Assembly (NCBI GenBank): GCA_030428125.1 | Contig: JAUIBF010000001.1 | Coordinates: 234,383-298,382 of the forward strand | Direction of reading: 5' to 3' | From: a bacterium | GTDB lineage: Bacteria > Patescibacteriota > Saccharimonadia > Saccharimonadales > SZUA-47 | DNA: 64,000 nucleotides | In this document: piece by piece, positions 1 to 9,705 of the stretch | Layout of the letters: every line of letters begins with the position of its first letter | How positions within the stretch are numbered: the first letter of the stretch is position 1 | Position numbers and translations under genes: made by a program | Notes under the pieces: model-generated | Told to the model about the DNA's origin: nothing | The model's input: the letters and a program-made list of their open reading frames with translations, nothing else | Database searches by the model: none

Positions 1-695
1 TGAGACAGTTTGAAAAACTAGCTGATGACGGACTAACTGGCGAAGAGGTGTTTACTCTTTATGACACATATGGATTCCCTGTTGAGCTGAGCGTTGAAGA
101 GGCCGAGAAGAGGGATATTGCTATTGCTAACGATTGGGGCAAGGTATTCAACACAAAGATGACAGAACAGCGGGAGCGTTCTCAGACGGCCGCAAAGGGC
201 ACTTTTAAAGGTGGATTAGGTGGTCAGAGCATGCAGCACAAGAAATACCACACGGCTACGCATTTGATGTATCAGGCGTTGCGTGACGTATTAGGTGATC
301 ACGTGATTCAGCACGGTTCTAATATCACAGAGGAACGTCTGCGTTTTGATTTCTCGCATCCTGAAAAGATGACACCCGAGCAGATTAAACGAGTGGAAGA
401 CATTGTGAATGAGCAAATAGGTAAAGATTTGAAGGTGTCTTACGCTGAATATCCTACAGAAGAAGCGACCGGCCCACTAGGTGCACTAGGCCAATTCGGG
501 GACAGGTACGGTAATTCTGTAAAGGTATATAAAATGATTGCTGATGATGCTGAGAAACCGTTCAGTTTTGAAATATGTGGTGGTCCACACGTAGATCACA
601 CTTTGCAACTTTTTGAAGAAGATAAAAAATTCAAAATCACAAAAGAACAGTCCAGTTCCGCTGGTATACGTAGAATAAAAGCAGTGCTAGATTGA
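1..695 (+). CDS. alaS: Alanine--tRNA ligase, 3' part (starts before window); ends right after the editing domain
   Basis: F-TLYDTYGFP, HTATHL, QHGSNITEERLRFDFSH, EICGGPHV and SSSAGIRRIKA motifs; frame is open back to position 3. Confidence 0.97.
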   Translation, partial: RQFEKLADDGLTGEEVFTLYDTYGFPVELSVEEAEKRDIAIANDWGKVFNTKMTEQRERSQTAAKGTFKGGLGGQSMQHKKYHTATHLMYQALRDVLGDHVIQHGSNITEERLRFDFSHPEKMTPEQIKRVEDIVNEQIGKDLKVSYAEYPTEEATGPLGALGQFGDRYGNSVKVYKMIADDAEKPFSFEICGGPHVDHTLQLFEEDKKFKITKEQSSSAGIRRIKAVLD

Positions 696-841
696 GCTCG
701 GGAAGAGCAGCCAGCAGAGGTGATTTATTCGCCTCTCCTGCGCGATGAGAAACCCTGAAAGGGTGTCTCATAGGATTTCTCATCACAAAAGAACAGTCCA
801 GTTCCGCTGGTATACGCAGAATCAAAGCCGTTTTAATCTAA
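636..841 (+). repeat. Direct repeat of the alaS 3' end (636-695 vs 782-841) flanking a hairpin-rich spacer
   Basis: 35 bp exact match, 636-670 = 782-816, followed by mostly synonymous divergence (ITKEQSSSAGIRRIKAVLD* vs ITKEQSSSAGIRRIKAVLI*). Confidence 0.95.
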
Positions 842-847
842 ACATGT

Positions 848-896
848 AAACAAGTTGTGGTGTAGTAATTAAATCTACAAACACTACATGTAGTGC
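848..896. promoter_or_regulatory. Tandem NrdR-box-like operators (848-863, 881-896)
   Basis: ACACTACATGTAGTGC (perfect 14-bp palindromic core) and AAACAAGTTGTGGTGT resemble the consensus acaCwAtATaTwGtgt; starts are 33 bp apart. Confidence 0.55.
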
Positions 897-1004
897 TTTT
901 CAAAAAAAGTAATTATTCTGTGATATAAATCACAGCTTTGTGGTGATTGCGGGCGTAGTGTCTAGATAACCTTAAGTTATATTAAACAAATAGGTACTAC
1001 AAAA

Positions 1005-1418
1005 ATGGTTAATCGAGTAAAAATAAACGGTCAATTTGAAACCGTTGCTCGATTCAGCGCTCACTACAATGAAGGCTGGAACCAATGTCTCGAAGGTCTA
1101 GGTGCTCTGCAACTAGGCCATTTAATGTATAATCCCGGAGAATTCCCAGGATTAACTGGCGTATATCCGAGAGACTCAGATGTTCATTCCCGGTTTATCC
1201 ACTATTGGACGTCAGACGAAGAAATTACTCATCATAGAGTTTTACATGCTGGCAGGGAATCAATTCAGGCTACGAGTTCCGCTGTGCTTCAATTAGTAAC
1301 AGCAGAATTTGAACCTCAGACGCCGAATTGGCTACAAGAAAAACACACAGCTGAACGTCAGGTATACGGACAAATGCCTACGGAGCTTCCGTCGAGACAA
1401 AGGGTGGGAGTAGCTTAA
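1005..1418 (+). CDS. Hypothetical protein
   Basis: 137 aa ORF, ATG start, first of three tightly spaced ORFs; no recognisable family. Confidence 0.7.
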   Translation: MVNRVKINGQFETVARFSAHYNEGWNQCLEGLGALQLGHLMYNPGEFPGLTGVYPRDSDVHSRFIHYWTSDEEITHHRVLHAGRESIQATSSAVLQLVTAEFEPQTPNWLQEKHTAERQVYGQMPTELPSRQRVGVA

Positions 1419-1419
1419 A

Positions 1420-2004
1420 ATGGTATTTCAGTCCCTCGAGCCAACACCAAACCTAGACGGCGCAGACAGGGCTGAACAGTACAGAGAAATGGATAGAGCC
1501 GACAGAGCAAGAATACTTTATGAGTCATTCATGCACGCAGATGATGACGAATTGTATATAGGCGACGAGGTGGGGGTTAAGGGGCTTCTGGTGTATCTAG
1601 TGGGGACCTACGTTTCACACAGGGGCGACGAGATAGCAAGTACGCATATATCATTCTCACCACCCACGAAAAAAATTACTTGCACCACAGACTTGGTGAG
1701 TATTTCGTCAGATGGAAGTGATGCGCCTACATTGGACTCGGTTGCTAGGCTTGGTCTAGAGATATTGAGAGAAGAGTACGGAGCGGAAGAAGGAGACCCT
1801 AGGTTCGCTGATTTAGGGTCATTCTGCATGGCCGAGGATATTTCGATTCGTAGTCTCCCAGAATCCCTAACATCTGTTCCTCAAATCGGAGCCATCGAGT
1901 GGCTCGCTGCTCATAGATCACCCGAGCTAGCAGAGGTGCGAAAGCTACCAGTAGCTTATGTGGACGGATCAGACGTAGTACAGGCAGTAGCAGTAGGCAA
2001 TTAA
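1420..2004 (+). CDS. Hypothetical protein
   Basis: 194 aa ORF starting 1 nt after the previous stop. Confidence 0.75.
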   Translation: MVFQSLEPTPNLDGADRAEQYREMDRADRARILYESFMHADDDELYIGDEVGVKGLLVYLVGTYVSHRGDEIASTHISFSPPTKKITCTTDLVSISSDGSDAPTLDSVARLGLEILREEYGAEEGDPRFADLGSFCMAEDISIRSLPESLTSVPQIGAIEWLAAHRSPELAEVRKLPVAYVDGSDVVQAVAVGN

Positions 2005-2006
2005 CT

Positions 2007-2273
2007 ATGTATTTACAAAATGTAGGAATCGAAGCGCCCCAAGGAACTGGTGGGGGTGGCTACCGTGTTGAAAGAGGAATAACTCCCGGGGTTGCTATCG
2101 TGACAAAAGATCCATCCGAATTTAGTGTAATAAGAGAAATAGGAAGTAGTCCAGAAGTAGATATCAGAAGCATGAAGATAACCGAATCTATAGGATATGT
2201 GACAATACCCCAACCAGTTAATGTGGACGCGTTACCCGATTGCGCTCGTGTACTATTTGCTGTTGCTGCGTAG
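2007..2273 (+). CDS. Hypothetical protein
   Basis: 88 aa ORF starting 2 nt after the previous stop. Confidence 0.65.
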   Translation: MYLQNVGIEAPQGTGGGGYRVERGITPGVAIVTKDPSEFSVIREIGSSPEVDIRSMKITESIGYVTIPQPVNVDALPDCARVLFAVAA

Positions 2274-2333
2274 TTAACTATTGATGTTTTATATCTGTTT
2301 TGTGCGCTCTTTGCGTGATACAATAAAGCGCAT

Positions 2334-3635
2334 ATGCTAGACAAAATTCAGAGGGTTAAGGATAGTGTTCTAGAAAAAACTAGAGCGCGAACTGACAAGG
2401 TTGCTGAACGCTACATTGTGGCTTTAGATGTAGGAACGGAAAACGTGAAAGCTCTGATTGGCAAAATCAACGGAAATAACGTAGATATCATAGGAGTTGG
2501 CAAAGCCCATCAGGGTTTATCAGATATGCAAGCAGGTGCTGTTGCTGATATTGCCGCTGTTACTGCTAACTGCAACGAGGCATTGGCTCAAGCTGAAGAA
2601 CAGGCTGGGGTTAGTGCACGTGCAGTAGTAATTGGAATTGCTGGCGAACTAGTCAAAGGCACAACCATATCTGTTAGGGTTTCCCGGAAAGACGGCAAAA
2701 AACCTCTAGAGGTAGAAGAAGTTGAAAAGATTATTTCGCTTGTCCAAAAAAGAGCTTTCGAGAAAGCACGCAAGCAAATTGCTACCGAATTGGGTGGCAA
2801 AGAAGTCGACGTCCAGTTGGTTAATAGTGCGCTAGTGCGAATGGAGATTGATGGCTATGCCGTCACTAACCCTGTAGGGTTTCAAGGAAAAGAAGTCACA
2901 GTACAGCTTTACACAGCTTTTGCACCGTTGATTCACATCGGTGCACTGGAGCAAGTTGCCACACAACTAGACATGGATTTGCTGGCAGTTGCTGCAGAGC
3001 CTTTCGCGGTTGCCAGATCAGTTGTCGGTGATGACACGGAATCGACCTTTAGCGCTGTTTTAATGGATGTAGGTGGTGGGACTACGGATATCGCAGTCTT
3101 AAATGAGGGTGGAGTCCAAGGGACAAAGATGTTTGGCATTGGTGGACGTGCATTTACTAGGTCGGTTGAGCGTGAGCTGGACATTTCATTCGACGAAGCA
3201 GAGACAATGAAATTAGCGTTAGGAAAGGGTGCATTATCTGAGTCTAAGCGAAAGACTACCGAAAAAGCCCTGGGTAAAACAGTAAAAGTTTGGCGTTCAG
3301 GTGTCGAACTTGCTCTAGAAGAGTTTCAGAATCTAGATCACCTGCCTCATAACATTCTACTTTGTGGTGGTGGTGCTTCCCTGCAACTGCTGATCGATGA
3401 GCTAGAACAGTCTAGCTGGTATAGAAGTTTGCCGTTTGCAAAAAAACCAACGGTTAAATATATTTCACCAGAAACAGTCTCTGGGATAATTGATACAACT
3501 GAAAATCTCGATGATCACACATTCATAACTGCCATGGGACTTTTAAGAGTAGGAATTGATACAATAGGACAGACAGATGCCGATGATGACTCAGTAAGCA
3601 TCGGCGACAGAATAAACAGAATTTTAAGAATATAA
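2334..3635 (+). CDS. ftsA: FtsA-family actin-like ATPase
   Basis: VALDVGTENVKA, LMDVGGGTTDIA, GIGGRAFT and LCGGGASL motifs. Confidence 0.85.
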   Translation: MLDKIQRVKDSVLEKTRARTDKVAERYIVALDVGTENVKALIGKINGNNVDIIGVGKAHQGLSDMQAGAVADIAAVTANCNEALAQAEEQAGVSARAVVIGIAGELVKGTTISVRVSRKDGKKPLEVEEVEKIISLVQKRAFEKARKQIATELGGKEVDVQLVNSALVRMEIDGYAVTNPVGFQGKEVTVQLYTAFAPLIHIGALEQVATQLDMDLLAVAAEPFAVARSVVGDDTESTFSAVLMDVGGGTTDIAVLNEGGVQGTKMFGIGGRAFTRSVERELDISFDEAETMKLALGKGALSESKRKTTEKALGKTVKVWRSGVELALEEFQNLDHLPHNILLCGGGASLQLLIDELEQSSWYRSLPFAKKPTVKYISPETVSGIIDTTENLDDHTFITAMGLLRVGIDTIGQTDADDDSVSIGDRINRILRI

Positions 3636-3638
3636 ATT

Positions 3639-5285
3639 ATGGCAAACAGCACAAAAGATACAGTTTATATAGATGTCGAAGATGAAATAACTGCTGTAAT
3701 TGATAAAGTCGTAAATGCCAAGCACAAAATTGTAGCGTTAGTTTTACCTAAACGAGCTACAGTGTTCCAAAGTCCGGTTAACATGAAGTTGCTCCAAAAA
3801 GCAGCAAAATCTGCCAAGAAAAGTTTGGTTTTGATTACTTCCGATAAAGGGATTCTAGCGATCGCAGCTGTAAGTGGTGTTCATGTTGCTAAATCTCTAA
3901 CCACCAAACCTGAAATTCCCAAGATTGAACAACCAGAGGAAAACATCGAAGAGAGTGTAGACTTAACCGGAGCAGCTATTGCTGGCGCAGCCGGAGCAGC
4001 AGCTGTTGCCGCAAGTACAGATGATAAAGATGAGGCTATCGAGCTAGATAATACTGACGAAAGAGCTATCACATCTGACGAAAAGCCAAAAAGTGGCAAG
4101 AAAAAACTGATGAAAATACCTGATTTCTCAAGCTTTAGGTTAAAGGTTGGCCTAGGAATTGCTGGAGTAGTGCTTCTCGTAGTTCTGTGGTTTGTGGCTT
4201 TTGTTGTTATGCCTAAGGCTACCGTGACAGTAAATACCGATACTTCAACCACTAGTGTAAATACTCAAGCTATATTCCGAGTAGGTGCAGAAGAAGTCGA
4301 TGTTGAAGAGAACATAATACCGGCTGAGCGAGTACAAGCAGAAAAAATTGATAGCATAAAAGTACCAGCTACCGGCCAAAAAGACATAGGCGAGAAAGCT
4401 ACGGGCACATTGACACTAACCAACTGTATCGACGACGGTGAACAGAAAGTCGTTCCTGCTGGAACAAGATTTACAAAAGACGGACTAACATTTGTAACTG
4501 CTGAGCAGGTAATATTGCCGTTCGCTATCGTTGCAGCCGGTGACTGTATCAGCGCAGATTTCGGAAGAAGCCGGGACGTAGATGCTGTTGCCGAAGAAGC
4601 AGGACCTCAGTACAACATATCCGAAGGTAGCTATAACTCCAGCATAAGTGGCATACAAGCATATGGGTCGGATATGAGTGGTGGAAGCTCTGAGATTGTC
4701 AAAGTAATTTCCGATGAAGATGTGCAAAAAGCCGAACAGCAGCTAAAAGGCACCAGCAAAACAGCTGCACTTAACGAAATGAAGTCACAATTAGAAGAAT
4801 CAGGGAAGACACCGGTCGAAGAAACTCTGGCAGAAGGAACTCCGAAAACAACCGTAGTTCCGGCAGTAGGAAAAGAGGCGGACGAAGTTGAAGTTACCAT
4901 AACTATCACCTATAACTTACAAGGTGTTAACGAAGACGATTTGTCTGCAGTTCTAGATCATGAAATTAATGAAAAGATGGGTGAAGATAAAAAGAACATC
5001 AAAGATAATGGCATAGAGGCAGTTAGATTCCAGGTAAGCGATAACTCTAATGAGGCAGACACTAACGTCACGCTTCAAACAGTTGCAACGCTGGGGCCAG
5101 ACATAGATGAAGCTGCCTTAAGAGAGGAGATTGCTGGAAAAAAACGTGGTGATATCGAAAAGCAAATCGAAGAAATTGATGGAGTTAGATCCGTGAGCGT
5201 AGAGTATTCTCCTGCCTGGGTTACTACAACTCCTAAAAGTGCCGATAAGATAACAATAGTTTTTAACGAACCAGATGAAGAATAA
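3639..5285 (+). CDS. Membrane-anchored baseplate J/gp47-like protein
   Basis: Cytoplasmic N-domain, one TM (GLGIAGVVLLVVLWFVAFVVMP), then GEKATGTLT..VPAGTRF..A.EAGPQYNI..MSGGS, typical of baseplate-J-like domains. Confidence 0.7.
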   Translation: MANSTKDTVYIDVEDEITAVIDKVVNAKHKIVALVLPKRATVFQSPVNMKLLQKAAKSAKKSLVLITSDKGILAIAAVSGVHVAKSLTTKPEIPKIEQPEENIEESVDLTGAAIAGAAGAAAVAASTDDKDEAIELDNTDERAITSDEKPKSGKKKLMKIPDFSSFRLKVGLGIAGVVLLVVLWFVAFVVMPKATVTVNTDTSTTSVNTQAIFRVGAEEVDVEENIIPAERVQAEKIDSIKVPATGQKDIGEKATGTLTLTNCIDDGEQKVVPAGTRFTKDGLTFVTAEQVILPFAIVAAGDCISADFGRSRDVDAVAEEAGPQYNISEGSYNSSISGIQAYGSDMSGGSSEIVKVISDEDVQKAEQQLKGTSKTAALNEMKSQLEESGKTPVEETLAEGTPKTTVVPAVGKEADEVEVTITITYNLQGVNEDDLSAVLDHEINEKMGEDKKNIKDNGIEAVRFQVSDNSNEADTNVTLQTVATLGPDIDEAALREEIAGKKRGDIEKQIEEIDGVRSVSVEYSPAWVTTTPKSADKITIVFNEPDEE

Positions 5286-5709
5286 CCAAGAACAGCCACT
5301 AGAGGGTGAGTTGATCGGCCTTGATATTGGCGAGAAAAATATTGGAGTTGCTAGAATTAGTACTTTCGCAAGAATAGCTGAGCCCCTGGAAACTATTAAC
5401 GCAAACTTGGATGCATTTACAGCCATTTTGACAGCTGTTAAAGAACATGATGCTGTAGCAGTAGTAATTGGGCTGCCAAGGGGCTTAGATGGGCAGGAAA
5501 CAGCTCAGACGGCAAAAATTAGACAGTTTGTATCTGAATTTTCTAAAAAAACTGACAAACCGTTATATTTAATTGATGAAGCAGGTACGACAAAGGAAGC
5601 AGAAAAAAGATTAACATCAAATCCGAGTGCAAGTATTGATAGTCTTGCAGCTACCATATTTTTGGAGGATTTTGTGTCATCCGACAAACAATCCCTAATG
5701 AGGTATTAG
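5275..5709 (+). CDS. ruvX: Holliday junction resolvase-like / pre-16S rRNA nuclease YqgF
   Basis: IGLDIGEKNIGVA, VVIGLP, IDEAGTT and DSLAA motifs. Confidence 0.93.
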   Translation: MKNNQEQPLEGELIGLDIGEKNIGVARISTFARIAEPLETINANLDAFTAILTAVKEHDAVAVVIGLPRGLDGQETAQTAKIRQFVSEFSKKTDKPLYLIDEAGTTKEAEKRLTSNPSASIDSLAATIFLEDFVSSDKQSLMRY

Positions 5710-5712
5710 ATC

Positions 5713-6786
5713 ATGTCAAGATTTCACGTAGATCGTCAGCATCGTCGAAGAGGAAGGGTAAATTTCTGGATAGTACTCCTGCTTTTACCACTGCTTACCC
5801 TACTGGTAGTGTCGTTCAGTTTTGCCTACTGGTACCAGTCCAATCTACAACCATTGTCGGAGCACACGTCAGAGGTAATCGTGAACATACCTGAAGGGGC
5901 ATCAGCAGGCGAAATAGCAGAGTTACTAGAAGAAACTGGTGTTATAAAATCTAGTTTTGCATTTGATTTATACACAAGATTAAATGGTCATCGCAATGAT
6001 TTGCAGGCCGGAGGCTATAAAATTTCGCCGAATAGCAGTGTCCAAGAGATAGTAACACGACTGGTGAACGGTGATGTGGCGACAGATTTAGTCATAATAC
6101 TACCAGCAAGAAGAATAGATCAGGTTAAATCAGATTTTATTAATTCTGGATATGAACGAGACGAGGTGAACGCTGCGTTTAACCCTAAAAATTTCGTAGA
6201 CCACCCTGTCTACAAATACATTCCCAACGGCGCAACCCTAGAAGGTTTTATATACCCAGACAGCTATCAGAAAACTACCCAAACCGAAGCAATAGAGATT
6301 TTAACTATCGCGATGGATGAGCTGGACGAAGTAATCACTCCCGAGTTGACTCAAAAGTTCGCCGAACAGGGCTTAACGGTTTTTCAGGCAATCACCCTTG
6401 CTTCGATAGTTGAGAGCGAGGTGCCTGCTGCTTCTGGCGATAGGGCTACGGTTGCACAGGTTTATTTAAAGAGGCTTGCTGAGGGAATGCCACTGCAGGC
6501 CGATCCTACAGCCCAATACGGTACACTTCTAGCTACGGGTACTGCAGATGACTGGGCAAATTACGATACGCCGTACAATACCTATCTGTATACTGGATTA
6601 CCTCCTGGTCCGATCTCAAACGTCAGTGCATCTTCTCTTGAAGCTGTCGCTTACCCGTCAAATACAGACTATCTATTCTTTGTAGCTGATGACGATGATG
6701 ATAATGTTACACATTTCTCCAGAACTTTTGCTGAACATGAGGAGAATATTGCTAAATATTGTCAGGTGAAATGCAACAGCTACTAG
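5713..6786 (+). CDS. mltG: Endolytic transglycosylase MltG
   Basis: N-terminal TM; LEGFIYPDSY, LASIVESE, LQADPT, PYNTY..GLPPGPISN and YLFFVA motifs. Confidence 0.95.
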   Translation: MSRFHVDRQHRRRGRVNFWIVLLLLPLLTLLVVSFSFAYWYQSNLQPLSEHTSEVIVNIPEGASAGEIAELLEETGVIKSSFAFDLYTRLNGHRNDLQAGGYKISPNSSVQEIVTRLVNGDVATDLVIILPARRIDQVKSDFINSGYERDEVNAAFNPKNFVDHPVYKYIPNGATLEGFIYPDSYQKTTQTEAIEILTIAMDELDEVITPELTQKFAEQGLTVFQAITLASIVESEVPAASGDRATVAQVYLKRLAEGMPLQADPTAQYGTLLATGTADDWANYDTPYNTYLYTGLPPGPISNVSASSLEAVAYPSNTDYLFFVADDDDDNVTHFSRTFAEHEENIAKYCQVKCNSY

Positions 6787-6797
6787 TGTTACAGCAC

Positions 6798-6827
6798 TTG
6801 ACAAAACGCTATAGTTTTTGTTAATAT
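6798..6827 (+). promoter_or_regulatory. Sigma70-type promoter upstream of a long leader
   Basis: TTGACA (6798-6803), 18 nt spacer, TG-t-TAATAT. Confidence 0.65.
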
Positions 6828-7022
6828 TTCCTGCGTAGTGACAAAGATATAAACTATTTTTAGAAAGTTGATTATATCTGTTGCTATTGTTGATTTAAAA
6901 AGCATAGAAGTTAATAAATAACAGAGTTGATGAAAAACCACCTCTGAAACATAAGCTAAACGCAAGAATCAACAGACTTTGGCCATGCGAGCATAGCAAT
7001 ATGTGGCTAAAAGGAGAATTTT

Positions 7023-8162
7023 ATTCGTACTTCAACTGAAAGTGCTACTAAACCAGCACAATCGTTAGTAAAACAAGTAGAGTCGACTGCAAAGTCGGTT
7101 AACCACGTAGTTAAGCGACGTTACTTTAGGAGTAAACGTCGTATTTTGCGTAACAGTCTCGTAATTATCAATGTTGCCGTAGTAGTCATGGTAATGGGGT
7201 TTGTTCTAGTATCCAGAAGGCCTACAACTACAACAAATATCGCAACACCATTGAATAATGCCCCAGATGAACAAATAGCCGATCCATTGGACACGCTGTC
7301 TAGTGCTGACATAGCAGTTAACATCGCACAGCTTGCCCGATTAGATGAAGTAACGGCAGTCGCAAACAATGCAGACACAGTTAATTCACAACTAGAAATT
7401 GTACCAGCTGATACACAGGTAGTAGCGAAACCACAAATCGTAACGACCGACATTAAGACCATCCAGGACTTAAAAACTTATGTGACAGTTGAGGGCGATA
7501 CAGTATCCTCAATCGCAGATAAATTTGATCTATCTGCAGAAACTGTCCGATGGTCAAATGATCTAACTGGTAATACCGTTGCAGTAGGCACAAAATTGAA
7601 AATACCTCCAATAAACGGACTAGTTTACGAAGTCAAAGACGGGGATACTGTCGAAAAAATTGCAGAAAAATATAGTGCCGACAAAGATAAGATTATAGCT
7701 TTCAATGATGCAGAAATCGTGGGCTTAAAATCAGGACAGCAAATCGTAATCCCTGGTGGAGAAGTTCCTGCTCCGGTGAGAAATAGCGTACCAACATATG
7801 GTGGGTTTAGGTTTGGTGGCTCAGCAGTCTACGGCTACAACGGCTACGATTACGGGTACTGTACTTGGTACACTGCGAATAGACGCGCAGAAGTAGGCAA
7901 AGCTATTCCTGCTAATCTTGGAAATGCAAGTACGTGGAAGGTGTTATCGCAAAGGGCAGGAATCCCGGTAGGCAGCAAACCAAAGAAACACGCTGTTATT
8001 TGGACTCCACCCCGAGATTATTATGGTCACGTAGGATTTGTAGAAGAAGTTTATCCGGACGGCAGTGTACGCGTTTCCGAAATGAATGTTCGAGGTTGGG
8101 GCGTAAGATCCGAGAAGGTCCTTACGCCTGCTCAAGCAGCAGGCTACTCATACATTTATTAA
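7023..8162 (+). CDS. LysM x2 + CHAP peptidoglycan hydrolase; probable ATT start at 7023 (alternative TTG at 7146)
   Basis: Two LysM repeats (YVTVEGDTVSSIA, YEVKDGDTVEKIA); CHAP motifs GYCTWY, GHVGFVE, SEMN; AAGGAG at 7011-7016 lies 6 nt before the in-frame ATT. Confidence 0.9.
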   Translation: MRTSTESATKPAQSLVKQVESTAKSVNHVVKRRYFRSKRRILRNSLVIINVAVVVMVMGFVLVSRRPTTTTNIATPLNNAPDEQIADPLDTLSSADIAVNIAQLARLDEVTAVANNADTVNSQLEIVPADTQVVAKPQIVTTDIKTIQDLKTYVTVEGDTVSSIADKFDLSAETVRWSNDLTGNTVAVGTKLKIPPINGLVYEVKDGDTVEKIAEKYSADKDKIIAFNDAEIVGLKSGQQIVIPGGEVPAPVRNSVPTYGGFRFGGSAVYGYNGYDYGYCTWYTANRRAEVGKAIPANLGNASTWKVLSQRAGIPVGSKPKKHAVIWTPPRDYYGHVGFVEEVYPDGSVRVSEMNVRGWGVRSEKVLTPAQAAGYSYIY

Positions 8163-8166
8163 ATGA

Positions 8167-8329
8167 TATTGGCCTGAAATAAACCTGCTTTCTAGCAAAG
8201 CTAGAAACTTTGTTTATTTCATCTTGGCTTATCTTTAATTTTCTCGTCTACGTACTCGCTTCAACGTACAGCAGCGTACGTCTCGTTCCGTTCGTCAACG
8301 AAAAAATCCAAGCTAAGCTCAAGCCAATA
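8167..8329. repeat. Nested palindromic intergenic element (REP/RPE/MITE-like)
   Basis: Ends TATTGGC/GCCAATA; inner stems TGAAATAAAC/GTTTATTTCA, TTTCTAGC/GCTAGAAA and CGTAC/GTACG. Confidence 0.6.
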
Positions 8330-8393
8330 CCTTTTAAGGAAACAAGACCGTACAAAGGATATTATTCATTAACAGGGAAGTGATTTATAATAG

Positions 8394-9665
<1,272 letters not shown>

Positions 9666-9705
9666 CTTTAATAGCCCAGTAGTTGTTTGCTACACTAGCT
9701 AACAT

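Noticed and set aside
637..825. 62-aa minus-strand ORF
   Set aside because: Antisense to the alaS end and its repeat; no independent coding signal
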